NCBI GenBank assembly: GCA_030390025.1
Contig: CM059432.1
Coordinates: forward strand, 66,528,001 to 66,592,000
Source of the DNA: Squalus acanthias
Taxonomy: Eukaryota
Direction of reading: 5' to 3'
Length of the DNA stretch: 64,000 bases
Shown: positions 1 to 10,800 of the stretch, one piece after another
How positions within the stretch are numbered: the stretch's first letter is position 1
Layout of the letters: each line of letters starts with the position of its first letter
Notes under the pieces: model-generated
Seen by the model: the letters and a program-made list of their open reading frames with translations, nothing else
Told to the model about the DNA's origin: nothing
The model's database searches: none
Position numbers and translations under genes: made by a program

Positions 1-480
1 AATGCATGCGTTATGCAAAGCCCCGTATGACAACTCCTTCAATTTTATGAACAAGAAAGGCTTTCATTCAATTAATGTGCAGTTAGTGCACGATGCTAGT
101 CACATTATCCTGTATGTGAATGCCGAATATATCATTGTCACCATGTGATAATTTATCATGTCAGCCTCATGACTCAAAAACATGTGTCAGTACCATTGAT
201 TCACAATTACAACTATCCCCTGTAGTGGTGGCTACTGGCGTCAGTAAGGCTTCCTCAGACAGAGGCAGACAACAGATACAATGAGGCCCATACAACTACA
301 GGAATTGCTGTTGAATAGACTATAGGCTCAAAAGTCATTGTAGCTTGCTGCGTACTACATAATATCGCAATGAAGAATGGCTGGCTCTGAAATGGTGATG
401 AAGACAGGGGAAGCACCGCCATCCCGCAGCCTGAAGAGAGTGCACGGGAAGGGTAATTGGTAGATCAGGACATCCAGCAA
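1..480 (+). pseudogene. Degenerate Harbinger (HARBI1-type) transposase fragment
   Basis: Broken translations KAPYDNSFNFMNKKGFHSINVQLV, RYNEAHTTT..VE*TIG and VIVACCVLHNIAM match motifs of the intact transposase at 1556-2716. Many stops and indels. Confidence 0.8.
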
Positions 481-599
481 TCAGCAACTAGAGAAAGGAA
501 TATGCATCAAATAAAGGTACAGAAATCCACATGAGTCTCCTGTCATTTTCGTCCCAAAAGTTACAAGCATACACAGAAATTAACTCAGAAATCTATGTC

Positions 600-856
600 A
601 CCACGTCAGGATGGTGTGTGACTTGGAACTTGGAGGTGATGATATTCCCATAATCTTGCTGCCCTTGTCTTTCTAAATGCTAGAAGGTTGTGGGCCTGGG
701 ATGCGTTGTTGAAGTAAGCTTGGTAACATGTTGCAGTGCATCTTGTCAATCGTACGTACTACAGCCATAATGTACTCGTGGTGGAAGGGGTGTATATTGA
801 GTCCAGTGACAGGGGTGCAGATCAATCAGACTGCTTTGTCCTGGATGGTGTCAACA
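600..856 (-). mobile_element. Old 3' fragment of a LINE related to the copy at 32228-34285
   Basis: Similar to 32230-32410 (ttgcagtgcatcttgt...ctgctttgtcctggatggtgtc). Confidence 0.6.
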
Positions 857-1414
857 CTTCCTGGTTACCGCTTCCTTACCCACTGGCTTGCCTGCTACTC
901 CCCCCAGATTTCTGCTTGCCCGCCCGCCCGCCTGCCTGATGTCCCATTTCCCTTCCACCCACCCAGTAATGGGATGTGTTGATTCACTGTGGAAGCCTAT
1001 ATCAACGTTTACACTCTGGATAGAGAGAGGCCCAGTGAGGACAAGGGGTAAAAATTCACTTGGTTGCGCCTCCCGTTAGCGCCTTAAGAGGGCGCTAATG
1101 GGGCGTTAAGCCGCTAACGCCCGGGCGCAGCGCTGTTTGCGCCGCTCGAGAACTTAACTTGAGATTGTGCGGCGGCGCTAAAACTTACCGCTGCGACCAC
1201 CTGCGCGCGCAGATTGTGACGTCATTCCATGGTGCAACGCCCTTGGGGCGCCCCGGAGCGGAAATTGAGTGGCGCCCCCTGCCTTACCGCCTGGCGCTTC
1301 CAACAACCGGAAGATTGGAACGTTATCAATCGGTGTGGGGCTGGGGGGGGCGCTATTTAAAGGGGGCCTCTTCCTGTCTTTTTCTGTGGTCGACATTTAT
1401 GCACCACTCGTTCT

Positions 1415-1452
1415 GAGAGAGAGAGAGAGATTCGGAGAGAGAGAGAGAGAGA
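1415..1452. repeat. (GA)n microsatellite upstream of the transposase
   Basis: Interrupted gagagaga run. Confidence 0.9.
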
Positions 1453-1555
1453 CTTCTACATTGACTCAACGCTTTGTGAGGTAGTTTTGCCTATTCATCC
1501 TAACTTTGTTGTTACTTTAGTTGCTGTACCTCATTACTTTTCTGGCAAAGAGAAT

Positions 1556-2716
1556 ATGGGGGCTGCAATGATTGGGGGCGTCGTCCTGCTCCAGCTGAAT
1601 CGGAGGATAGTGAGACGCAGACAGAGAGTGGCAATGATGGCCAGACGGAGGAGGGCCATCAGGCGCATGTACAGGAGAGCTTACCCTCCCAGGGTATATC
1701 GTGAACAGCTCTCCTACATCCATATGTCCGAGGAGCTGTGTTTGCGAAGGCTGCGATTCAGCAAGGAGGTGGTCACTGAGCTCTGCCACCTGCTGCAGCC
1801 AGATCTGCAGCCTCAGCTGAGGTCCAGGACGTCTCTGTCGGTGGCAGTGAAGGTCACAGTGGCTTTGAACTTCTACGCCACTGGCTCATTCCAAGCTGCT
1901 GTTGGGGACCTCGCCAATATCTCCCAGTTTGCGGTGCATCGCTGCATCCGGCAGGTCACCAATGCCCTCTTCAGAAGGAGACGAGACTTCATCTCTTTCC
2001 CTATGACCCCAGACAAGCAGCGTGACCGTGCTCTGGGCTTTGCGAGGGTAGCGGGCTTCCCCATGGTGCAGGGCGCCATTGACTGCACGCATGTGACTTT
2101 GCGTGCTCCACGAGAGAATGCAGAGGAATTCAGGAACAGAAAGGGGTTCCATTCCTTGAATGTGCAGTTGGTCTGTGACCACAGACAGGTGATACTCGCT
2201 GTCAATGCCCACTATCCGGGCAGCTGCCACGATGCTTTCATCCTGCGCCAGACTACTGTGGCAGAAGTTTTCGAGGCACCGCATCAGCCAGTTGGTTGGC
2301 TTCTGGGGGACAAGGGGTACGCATTGAGCACCTGGCTGATGACACCGCTCCGTACGCCAAACACCCCTGCTGAGCTGCGGTACAATGAAAGCCATCAAGC
2401 AACCAGGAACATTATTGAGCGCACAATCGGCGTGCTGAAACAACGGTTCCGCTGTCTGGACCATTCCGGAGGAGCCCTGCAGTACTCGCCTGAGCAAGTT
2501 TCGAACTTCGTAGTCGTGTGCTGCATGTTGCACAACATGGCAATCCTCAGGACCCAGCCAATGCCACCAGGCCTTGTAGCACCACCAGAGGAGGAGGAGG
2601 AAGAGGAGGAAGAGGACGAGGACGATGATCATCAGCAGCACCAAGGCAGGAGGGCGGCCCACAATGGTCAAACTGCAAGGGCCGTCCGTCAACGACTAAT
2701 AGCAAGCCGCTTCTAG
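1556..2716 (+). CDS. Harbinger DDE transposase, HARBI1-like, about 386 aa, intact
   Basis: Open frame from ATG 1556. Contains [47 protein letters not shown] and CCMLHN, plus an acidic tail. The D, D and E catalytic positions are all present. Confidence 0.93.
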   Translation: MGAAMIGGVVLLQLNRRIVRRRQRVAMMARRRRAIRRMYRRAYPPRVYREQLSYIHMSEELCLRRLRFSKEVVTELCHLLQPDLQPQLRSRTSLSVAVKVTVALNFYATGSFQAAVGDLANISQFAVHRCIRQVTNALFRRRRDFISFPMTPDKQRDRALGFARVAGFPMVQGAIDCTHVTLRAPRENAEEFRNRKGFHSLNVQLVCDHRQVILAVNAHYPGSCHDAFILRQTTVAEVFEAPHQPVGWLLGDKGYALSTWLMTPLRTPNTPAELRYNESHQATRNIIERTIGVLKQRFRCLDHSGGALQYSPEQVSNFVVVCCMLHNMAILRTQPMPPGLVAPPEEEEEEEEEDEDDDHQQHQGRRAAHNGQTARAVRQRLIASRF

Positions 2717-3011
2717 GGGCCCCTGCCATTGCTACAAACACTAATCAACCCAGCACGCAACCCCTAAGCCGGCCAAGGCACCAATAATTCCAACCACCAG
2801 CCATGTATATTTTGAATACAGAAACTTATTTATTTTACAAACTCTGTGTGTGTCAATTCCTCATGAGAAACTCATAGAAATAAACACAAAAAAACAGTCA
2901 ATAACATAACTGGTTCTCACAACCTGGAGATAATGTCCAAAACACTAAACAAAAGTTGGACCATTAACCTCGGCCTTTAATAAAAAAATGACCAGCATTT
3001 TGGCACACCTC

Positions 3012-4835
3012 CTACTTTTTGCCCTTCGAGGGTGATCTCCTTCCCTTGCGCACTTCCCCCCTTCTAACCCTACTGCTCCTCCGTAATGGGACCTCAGTGG
3101 CTGCAGCAAGGCTGGTGGAAGGCTGCTGCTCGTCAGACCCTGACACTGCAGATGCCCCTGAAGGACGGCCTCGACCACTTCTGGGCCTGGAGGGCCCGGC
3201 TGCAGACTGCACCAACTCTGCATGGGCGGCAGCAGTCTGTCCTACAGGCGGTGGCAAGTGCAGTGGAGAAGTGACAGTGTTGGCAGCAGGAATGCTGTCA
3301 TCGTGAGAGAGGACAGCAACTCCCTGCTCGCCCGACACACTGGCACTCCCACGGGGCAGCAGTTCAGCATCCGGAGCAATTTGCCGGAGAACAGATTGCT
3401 GGCCTGCTGCGGCGCGGTGACAGCCCCGGGGACATGTGCACGAACCATCGAGGATGGCAGCAGTCAGTGCTCGCGTGGCCTCAATCTGAGTCTGCATGAG
3501 AGCAGTCTGAGATGGGTTCCTGGCAGCCAGTGACTGAATTGCAGCACTAAGCTTTAGTGTGGCATCCGCCTGTGCTACAGCGAAGTGCTCCACACTCCTT
3601 GCCAGTGATTCAATGCATTCGGGCACCCTTCCCACTGCACCCATGAGCTCAGTGTGCATGCCCACCGCCTGGGTGTTCATTTCTGCAATCAGCCGCTCCT
3701 CCTCTGCGTCCATTGCAGTAGGAGTGTCTGGCATACTCTCCCTCTGGGGAGAAGGCCCCCGTTCTTCCCTACCCCCCCCCATGGCGTTGCTGCAGCCCGC
3801 TGGGTCCTGGAGCTTCACCATCATCAGCCCCTTCCCCCCTGCTCCCCTCCGGGGAAGGCGTGTTCCCAGTGTGGGCATGGGCTTCCTCGGGAGAGGGTGG
3901 CACTGATGCTCCGGCTTCCTCTTCCTCCTCAGCTGCAGCATCACTCCCAGTGGCAGCTTCAGGGCCCGTCTCCTCAGCTGGTGAATCACCATCTGAAAGC
4001 AGGGAGGTACAAGAGTGGCTTTAGCGTGAGGACAGGGTGGCAGTAAGGGAGGAATAAGTGCAGCGAGTTAGCAAGTTGGATTGAAAGTGTCAAAGGCTGG
4101 TATTGTGAGGGACAAGTGGAAGGACAGAGGACAAAAAGGTGATGACCTTACCATTGCTGTCCACAACGGGGTCGGCGTCTCCAGTGGCGACGGGACCGAT
4201 CACCCGGCTTGCCACAATCCTGTGGACGCGCTCCTCCAGATCGCTGAGGGGTTGCAGCTGAAGCCGCCCTCCACCCGTCCGTTGCTGCTGTCTCCGATTA
4301 TGAGCCAGCTTAGCCTGCAAGAAAAAGGACAGCATCTGAGTAAATATACAGCCATGGTCTTGCCTGATGTGCCTCCCATAGGTGAATAGCCCTTACAATA
4401 TACAGCCATGGTCTTGCCTGATGTGCCTCCCATAGGTGAATAGCCCTTACTGTATGCAAAGTGTGGAATGTGTGTGTGTGTTTGATGAAAGGGCCATAGG
4501 TGTTGGATGAGTGTTGTGCATTGGGGTTTTAAGACCCTCTGGCCATAGAGTGAGGTTGAGATGGAGGGATGGAGAGGTATTGAGAAAAAGCCACTGACCC
4601 TGACGACCCGAGTGAGGTCGTTGAACTTTTTGCGGCATTGAACATGGGTCCTGGGCACCATGCTCCTGGAGGAGACGCTCTGAGCCACCTCCCTCCACAC
4701 TCTTCTGAACTCGCGTGGCAAAGGCCTCCTGCCACTCTCCGGGAACAGCATGCATCGTCTGCGCTCCACTGCGTCAACCAGAGCATCCAAGGCCCGCTCG
4801 GTGAAGCGATGAGCGCGTTCTCTCACCCTCTCCAT
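3012..4835 (-). CDS. Harbinger Myb/SANT-like (trihelix) DNA-binding gene, 3 exons (4835-4599, 4314-4152, 3992-3012), with a 1-nt frameshift at 3772-3780
   Basis: Exon 1 reads RAHRFTERALDAL..VWREVA..RTHVQCRKKFNDLTRVVR|gtcagt. Exon 2 reads ttgcag|AKLAHNRRQQQRTGGG..|gtaag. Exon 3 starts after ctttcag. Intron phases are 0 and 1. Confidence 0.85.
4343..4450. repeat. Perfect 54-bp tandem duplication in Myb intron 1
   Basis: aatatacagccatggtcttgcctgatgtgcctcccataggtgaatagcccttac occurs twice (4343-4396, 4397-4450). Confidence 0.95.
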
Positions 4836-5332
4836 GCTTGGCAGCAAAATGGATTACAGGTCTCTCCAGGCTGAGATTCAAGGCTGCAATGAGCAGGGTG
4901 TGGCTGGGGAGCAAGTGGCCCCCCCCGCTTTAAGAAGTGTCCGGCGCCATTGTGTCTGTGTTCCCTCGCTAACTGGCAGCAGCTGCGCTGCGCTCGTGCG
5001 CTGAGTTAGCGCCTCACTCCTTGGCCTTTGCGCCTTAAGAGAGGTGTGCAGCGCCTACTTTAGCGCTCCACTCACCTCCCGGGGCGGTAAAAGTGAAGTT
5101 TCCTGTCAGTGCCGATAATTAGCGCCAGGCGCTAATATTTGCATCCGGACGATATTTGCGCCCCAAATGGGGCGCGACCTAATTTCTACCCCTTGTTGGT
5201 GTATCAGATTTCTGCCCATTTTTTCATGTGTCTAATGTTCCAGAAACAGGTGCACATAGGCATTAGATTAAAGAACATCAGGGTCTATATTTCAATCTCT
5301 CCTTCAGTGGGGGAAATGAACATCTCAGCCTT

Positions 5333-5498
5333 GAAATTCTGCAGCAGTTCTCCCAGTCTCCCATTGTAACTTCAGTGGGAGAGTGACAGAAGCCCTGTAG
5401 AAATTATGTAAATGGCTGTTTATGCTCTTTCTCTTGGGCTTCTGCTGGTCTTTTGCCAAAGCTATGATAGGAGAGCAAGAGAACCCATATAGTATTTG
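5333..5498. mobile_element. Old imperfect-palindrome MITE relic
   Basis: Arms gttctcccagtctcccattgtaactt..cagaagccc and gggcttctg..aaagctatgataggagagcaagagaac are approximate reverse complements. Confidence 0.45.
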
Positions 5499-6436
5499 AA
5501 GGCATCATTTATTTCAATTGTTCAAAGACACAAGGGCTAATTCCATGATCTTGCTCTCCAAATGAGGAGCTGCACTTGTACAGATTGCCAGTAGAAATTT
5601 GTGGCTACAATATTGCAGTTATTTCTCTGACCTGCGCTCCCCCAATTGTGGCTTTCCTGCTCAGAGTGCAAAATTAATTCTACAATTTCTCTACATCTCT
5701 CACAAGTCTAACCAACAGTTATCACTTTTTACTGTTAATAGTTCCATCCTTCTTCCTTCTTCATCCGTTGACATTCTTGGCCCATTAACTCTTTTGGCCT
5801 GAAATGGAACATCTGTGTCTCTTCTGTTGTTAACGCTGCCTACAACAAGCCTAGATCTTTCATCCAAGACTACTCCTATATCAGTGAAGATATTCTAGCA
5901 CCTCTCTCGCACTCCTGGAGAGAATACAAGCTAAAAACTTATCTGATGACCAATCCCTCTTTCACCTCCAGCCTGTATCCTTCCATCACACGATCTGTCT
6001 TTGTTTCTTTGGTACTATTATGTGCAGTGCTCCTCTGAACTTGTTCTTCTAAGCTCTAAATATACTTCTCTACCTACTCTTCCACCTCCCTCTGGGTTAA
6101 AATAAAGTGTTACTGCACAGTTTCTTGTTCCTTACCTCACTCCATCTAAAATCTTCAGGCTTTTAAAACCGAAGCTTGGCATCATCTATTCACTACTTCA
6201 AAATTTCATAATCCCTCATTCCCAATCCCAATGGGGATTGCACTCGCACAGTCAGTATATACCTCTTGTAAGATTCATCATAGCTTTGAAGTTCTATCTT
6301 GCCAGAAATTTGTGTATTGAATAAACATGTAGCACACCTATATCAAAAGTTTAAACGAATTTGCAGTGTCTCCAATTACTGTATTTTTCAATAGCAGATG
6401 AATATGCCACTGGCCTTTAAATTGCACCATTAGATA

Positions 6437-6958
6437 GGCCGGTGTCGGGAGTGGAGACAGCAATGGTACAGTGAATATTTAAACTCACTTTCGCGGGCTT
6501 TTTTCCTCAGAAGCTGGTGTCGGGAGCGGAGAGAGCGGCGGTACAGTAAGTATTTAAACTCACTTTCGCGGACTTTTTTTTACAGAGGCCGGTGTCGGGA
6601 GCGGAAAGAGCGATGGTACAGTGAGTATTTAAACTTACTTTCGTGGGCTTTTTTTTCAGAGGCCGGTGTCGAGAGCAGAGAGAGTGACGGTACAGTGAGT
6701 ATTTAAACTTACTTTCGTGGGCTTTTTTCCTCAGAGGCCAGTGTCGAGAGCAGAGAGAGTGACGGTACAGTGAGTATTTAAACTCACTTTCGTGGGCTTT
6801 TTTCCTCAGAGGCCGGTGTCGGGAGCAGAGAGAGCAATGGTACAGTGAGTATTTAAACTCACTTTCGCAGGCTTTTTTCAGAGGCCGGTGTCGGGAGCGG
6901 AGAGAGCGACGGTACCGTGAGTATTTAAACTCATTTTCGTGGGCTTTTTTTCAGAGGC
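6437..6958 (+). repeat. About 7 tandem 73-75-bp monomers forming the CR1 5' UTR
   Basis: Unit approximately gaggccggtgtcgggagcggagagagcgacggtacagtgagtatttaaactcactttcgcgggcttttttcctca, starting near 6437, 6510, 6585, 6660, 6734, 6809 and 6881. Confidence 0.92.
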
Positions 6959-7554
6959 TTACCAATCTTGCAGACCGGCGGCGGAGTTCCAGAGCCACGT
7001 CACAATTCAAAAAGTGATGCGGGCAAGGGGAAGCAGCTGATTGGGTGAGTACGGCCAGGTGAGTATTTATACTACTCTATAGTTTGACAGTTAAGGTGAA
7101 TAGTTTATAAAGTTTAGAAGGTTTTAATTTTTTGGTTATAGTTTCTAAGGTCTCTGTTGTGTAGTGGGGAGTCCTAGTAAACAAGGGACCTTGACTATAT
7201 CATTTAATTGTAGTGTAATTTGTGGTATTGATTTGATTTAATTTAGTTTAAATTAATTAATGGGTAAGTCATGGCAGCACAGCTCGGCCCCGTTGCATGC
7301 TCCTCCAGCACTATGTGGGAAATCAGGGACACTTCCTGTGTCTTGACGACCATGTGTGCGGGAAGTATATCTGGCTGCAGCTACCGGCAGACCGCATTGC
7401 GGCGCTGGAGCTGCGAATGGATACATACTGGAGCATTTGCGATGCTGAGGACGTCATGGATATCACATTTAATGAGTTGGTCACACCGCAGGTAAAGGCT
7501 GCACAGGCAGGTAGGGAATGGGTGACCGCCAGGCAGAGTAGTAGGCGCAGGCAG

Positions 7555-7748
7555 TGTCGTAAGAATGAGCCTTACGCGTGGTGAACTTAAAGTAAGCTTT
7601 AATCAACTAAAAAGGTGCTACATACAAAAGAGGTCTTACTCTATGCCTCTCCAGGATCCAACTGATCAGCCCAGTATTTATCCTGGACTAATCACAGGAA
7701 GTGATGTAATAAAGTTCAAGTCACAGGAAGCTGTATTGTGTTACCACA
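7555..7748 (-). repeat. 3' LTR of the Gypsy element
   Basis: tgtcgtaag...ttaccaca, a direct repeat of 11837-12030, adjacent to the PPT. Confidence 0.96.
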
Positions 7749-7813
7749 TTCTCCCCCCCCCCAAAAGATTAGGAGGCCGGGATGAAGTTCGAGTCACAGG
7801 AAGCTGTATTGTG

Positions 7814-10800
7814 TTACCACATTCTCCCTCCATTTCGTAGCCATTGGACGAGGGAGAGCCGCACCCGTTTGGGTTCTCGTAGCGGTAGAGGGCCCCTAGC
7901 CCGTTTACCCGCCGCGGGCCGTGGACCAGAGTCCGAGTGAGCCAGCCCGCTCTGTGAGGGGTCAGGACGATCCTGACTGTGTACTGGTGCCCGAACGGGT
8001 GTCGGGCAGGGCTGTGGCAGATCCGTTTCCGAGCGTATGGTACGGGGTGGATCGTGGCTGCGCGTGCGAGCCCCGACGGGCTCATAGTCAGTCTGCCCCA
8101 GGTCGGCACGCTGGAGTGAGGTACCAGCCGGCGTCAGACCCAGATCGTGATGAGAGGCACCTGGCGAGCCCAGAGATGTGCCTGGTACAATATCATCCCC
8201 TGGTGTCCCTCTATGTTTCGGCGGGCAGGGAGCCAGATCCCGCAATGACACGGTAGATTCCCGACCGTCAGGATACCGAATATAGGCGTAGGTAGGGTTG
8301 ACATCAGTGAGCTCAACCTCATCTACCAGGAGGTCATTCTTAGACGCCCGAACATATCTTCGGAGTAGCACTGGTCCCGGTGCAGTCAGCCACGACGGGA
8401 GAGATATCCCATAGGATGAGCGACGCTGAAATCGGAAGAACCGTTCATGAGGCGTCGTATTTGTGGCGGTCGAAAGGAGGGACCGTGTGGAGTGTAATGC
8501 GTCTGGAAGTACTGCTTCCCATTGCTGGTTGGGTAGGCCCCGAGATCTCAAAGCCAGACGTACCGCATTCCAGATGATAGCGTTAAAACGCTCGACTTGC
8601 CCATTCCCGACCGGATGATAAGGCGTCGTTCTGCTGGCAGCAATACCCAATTCCGAGAGATAGGCCTTGAGTTCTCCTGACATAAAAGAAGGGCCCCGAT
8701 CCGAATGAACATAGGATGCCATGCCACAGAAAGCAAATACCTGCTCAAGGCAGCTGATAACCGTGGTCGTCAGCATATTGGGGCAGGGAAAGGCAAACGG
8801 AAAACAGGAATACTCATCGACCATGGTCAATAGATAAGTGTTGCGAGTTGAAGAGGGCAACGGCCCCTTAAAATCGATGCTAAGCCGTTGCATTGGCTGG
8901 GTCGCATGTATGAGTATACCACCCGAGGGGCGGAAAAACTGAGGTTTCAATTCCGCACAGACTCTGCAGTCCGAGCACATCTTCTTTACATCCCCGGTAG
9001 AGAATGGGAGATTTCGGGACCGCACGAAGTGTAGCATGCGAGTAACGCCCGGATGACACAACCTATCATGGATGTCTACGAGCGTAGAGGGTGCCATGGC
9101 GGAGCAGAATGCTCGTGTGAGGGTATCCGGAGCCACATTCTCCTTGCCAGCTCGATAGTGGATGGTGTAACCAAAAGAGGCCAATTCCAGCCGCCAAAGC
9201 TGGATTTTATTATTTTTAATTTTGGTCCGTTTTCGATTATCGAGCATGAAGGCGACCGATCGCTGGTCCGTGATTAAGGTAAAGTGCTGGCGAGCCAGGA
9301 GATGACTCCACTTCCGTACTGCCTCTATGATGGCTGTAGCTTCTTTCTCGACTGGAGGATAATGTAGCTCAGCCCCTTGAAAAGTCCTGGACAAAAATGC
9401 CACCGGACGACCTTCCTGATTCAGAGTGGCCGAGATCGCCACCTCCGAGGCATCACACTCAACAACAAAAGGAAGACTCTCATCGATGGAGTGAAGAGCC
9501 GCTTTCTCCAACTGTTTTTTCAGGAGGTTAAAGGCTGCAACAGCCGCTGTGTCTAGTGGGAATGTGCTGGCCTTCAGTAGAGGTTGGATTCGGTCCGAGA
9601 AGTTAGGAATCCATTTAGCATAGTATGCAAACAGGCCGAGGGCCCGGCGCAAGGAGGCCGGATTCTTAGGTGGCGGGAGTTCTTGGAGTGGGCGAAGCCT
9701 TTCAGGGTCAGGTTTAATGATGCCATTGCCCACACAATAGCCAAGGATGTTGATGGTTGGTTGTGACTCAATGGATTTAGCCGCATTTAATGTCAAATTA
9801 CGGTGCTGGAGTGCATCCCAAAATCGTTGGAGATTGGCGTCATGTTCCCGCTGATTGCGACCTGCGATAGTAATATTGTCCAGATAAGGAAACGTATCCT
9901 TTAAGTCTTCCTGTTTGACCAGGTCATCCATTGCTCGCTGGAAGACAGCCATTCCATTAGTGACCCCAAAGGGGAGGCGACGAAATTGATACAGCCGTCC
10001 ATTGGCTTCAAAGGCCGTATACTGCTTGTCTGAGACCTTCGAGGGTACCTGATGATAGGCACTTTTCAGATCATATGTTGAGAACACCGTGTACTCAGCC
10101 AGTTTATTAACCATATCATCGATGCGCGGCAATGGGTATGCATCCAAGTCCGTATATTGATTGATGGTCTGTGAATAGTCAATGCACAGCCGTTTCTTGT
10201 GAGGTTGTAGAGGGTTCTTAACAATAACGACCTGGGCGCGCCATGGCGACGAACAAGGCTCGATGATATCCTCTGCTAAAAGCCGAGAAATCTCAGCCGC
10301 AATAAAAGACTGGTCTTCCTGACTGAAACGTCGTGACTTTGTTATAATCGGTTTGCATCGAGGAGGGATACTGGTAAACAGTGAGGGTTCATCCCGTGAA
10401 GCTGCTGACAATGCACAGAACGGTAATCGAGGTCGTATATTAGAAATAGTGAGTTCAGGTTTGGATCCGCCGAACTCAATGGTGAGCTTCTTATGCTGCT
10501 TTTGAAAATCCAGCCCTAAGATAAGATCACTACATAAGTCCTTGAGCACCGAAAGCCGGGTGGAGGGATACCTGTGACCATTAAGTGTTATTTCAACCAT
10601 ACAAAAGCCAGAAATTCTGGTATTAAGTGATGACTGAGCCATTGCAATTGCCTGGTCCGATGGGAAAACATGTAGCTTTAACTCTGCAACAATCTGTTCC
10701 CTAATGAAACTATCAGTGCTACCTGAGTCAATTAAGGCATCTAAAGTATGTCCATTAATTGATGCTTTTGTAGCTGCATGGAATAGGTTCTGAGCAGCTG

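Larger units (their letters stand above)
1045..5192. mobile_element. Full-length two-gene PIF/Harbinger DNA transposon (copy H1)
   Basis: TIRs GGGGTAAAAATT (from 1045) and AATTTCTACCCC (ending 5192). GC-rich subterminal regions with repeated TTAGCGCC/GGCGCTAA. Convergent transposase (+) and Myb/SANT gene (-). Confidence 0.93.

Noticed and set aside
1886..2692. 268-aa antisense ORF and similar antisense ORFs
   Set aside because: These are shadows of GC-rich transposon coding sequence with no recognisable motifs.
1487..2716. Domesticated host HARBI1 gene
   Set aside because: It lies between TIRs with a Myb partner and has several decayed paralogues in the window, so it is a transposon ORF.
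3012..3992. 326-aa ORF as a stand-alone gene
   Set aside because: Its ATG is the first bases of Myb exon 3, and the first ~70 codons are off-frame relative to the spliced gene.
5800..6050. Possible degraded retroelement coding fragment
   Set aside because: No diagnostic motif could be recognised with confidence.
6437..6958. CRISPR-like array
   Set aside because: The units repeat along their whole length with no unique spacers, there are no cas genes, and the context is a eukaryotic LINE.
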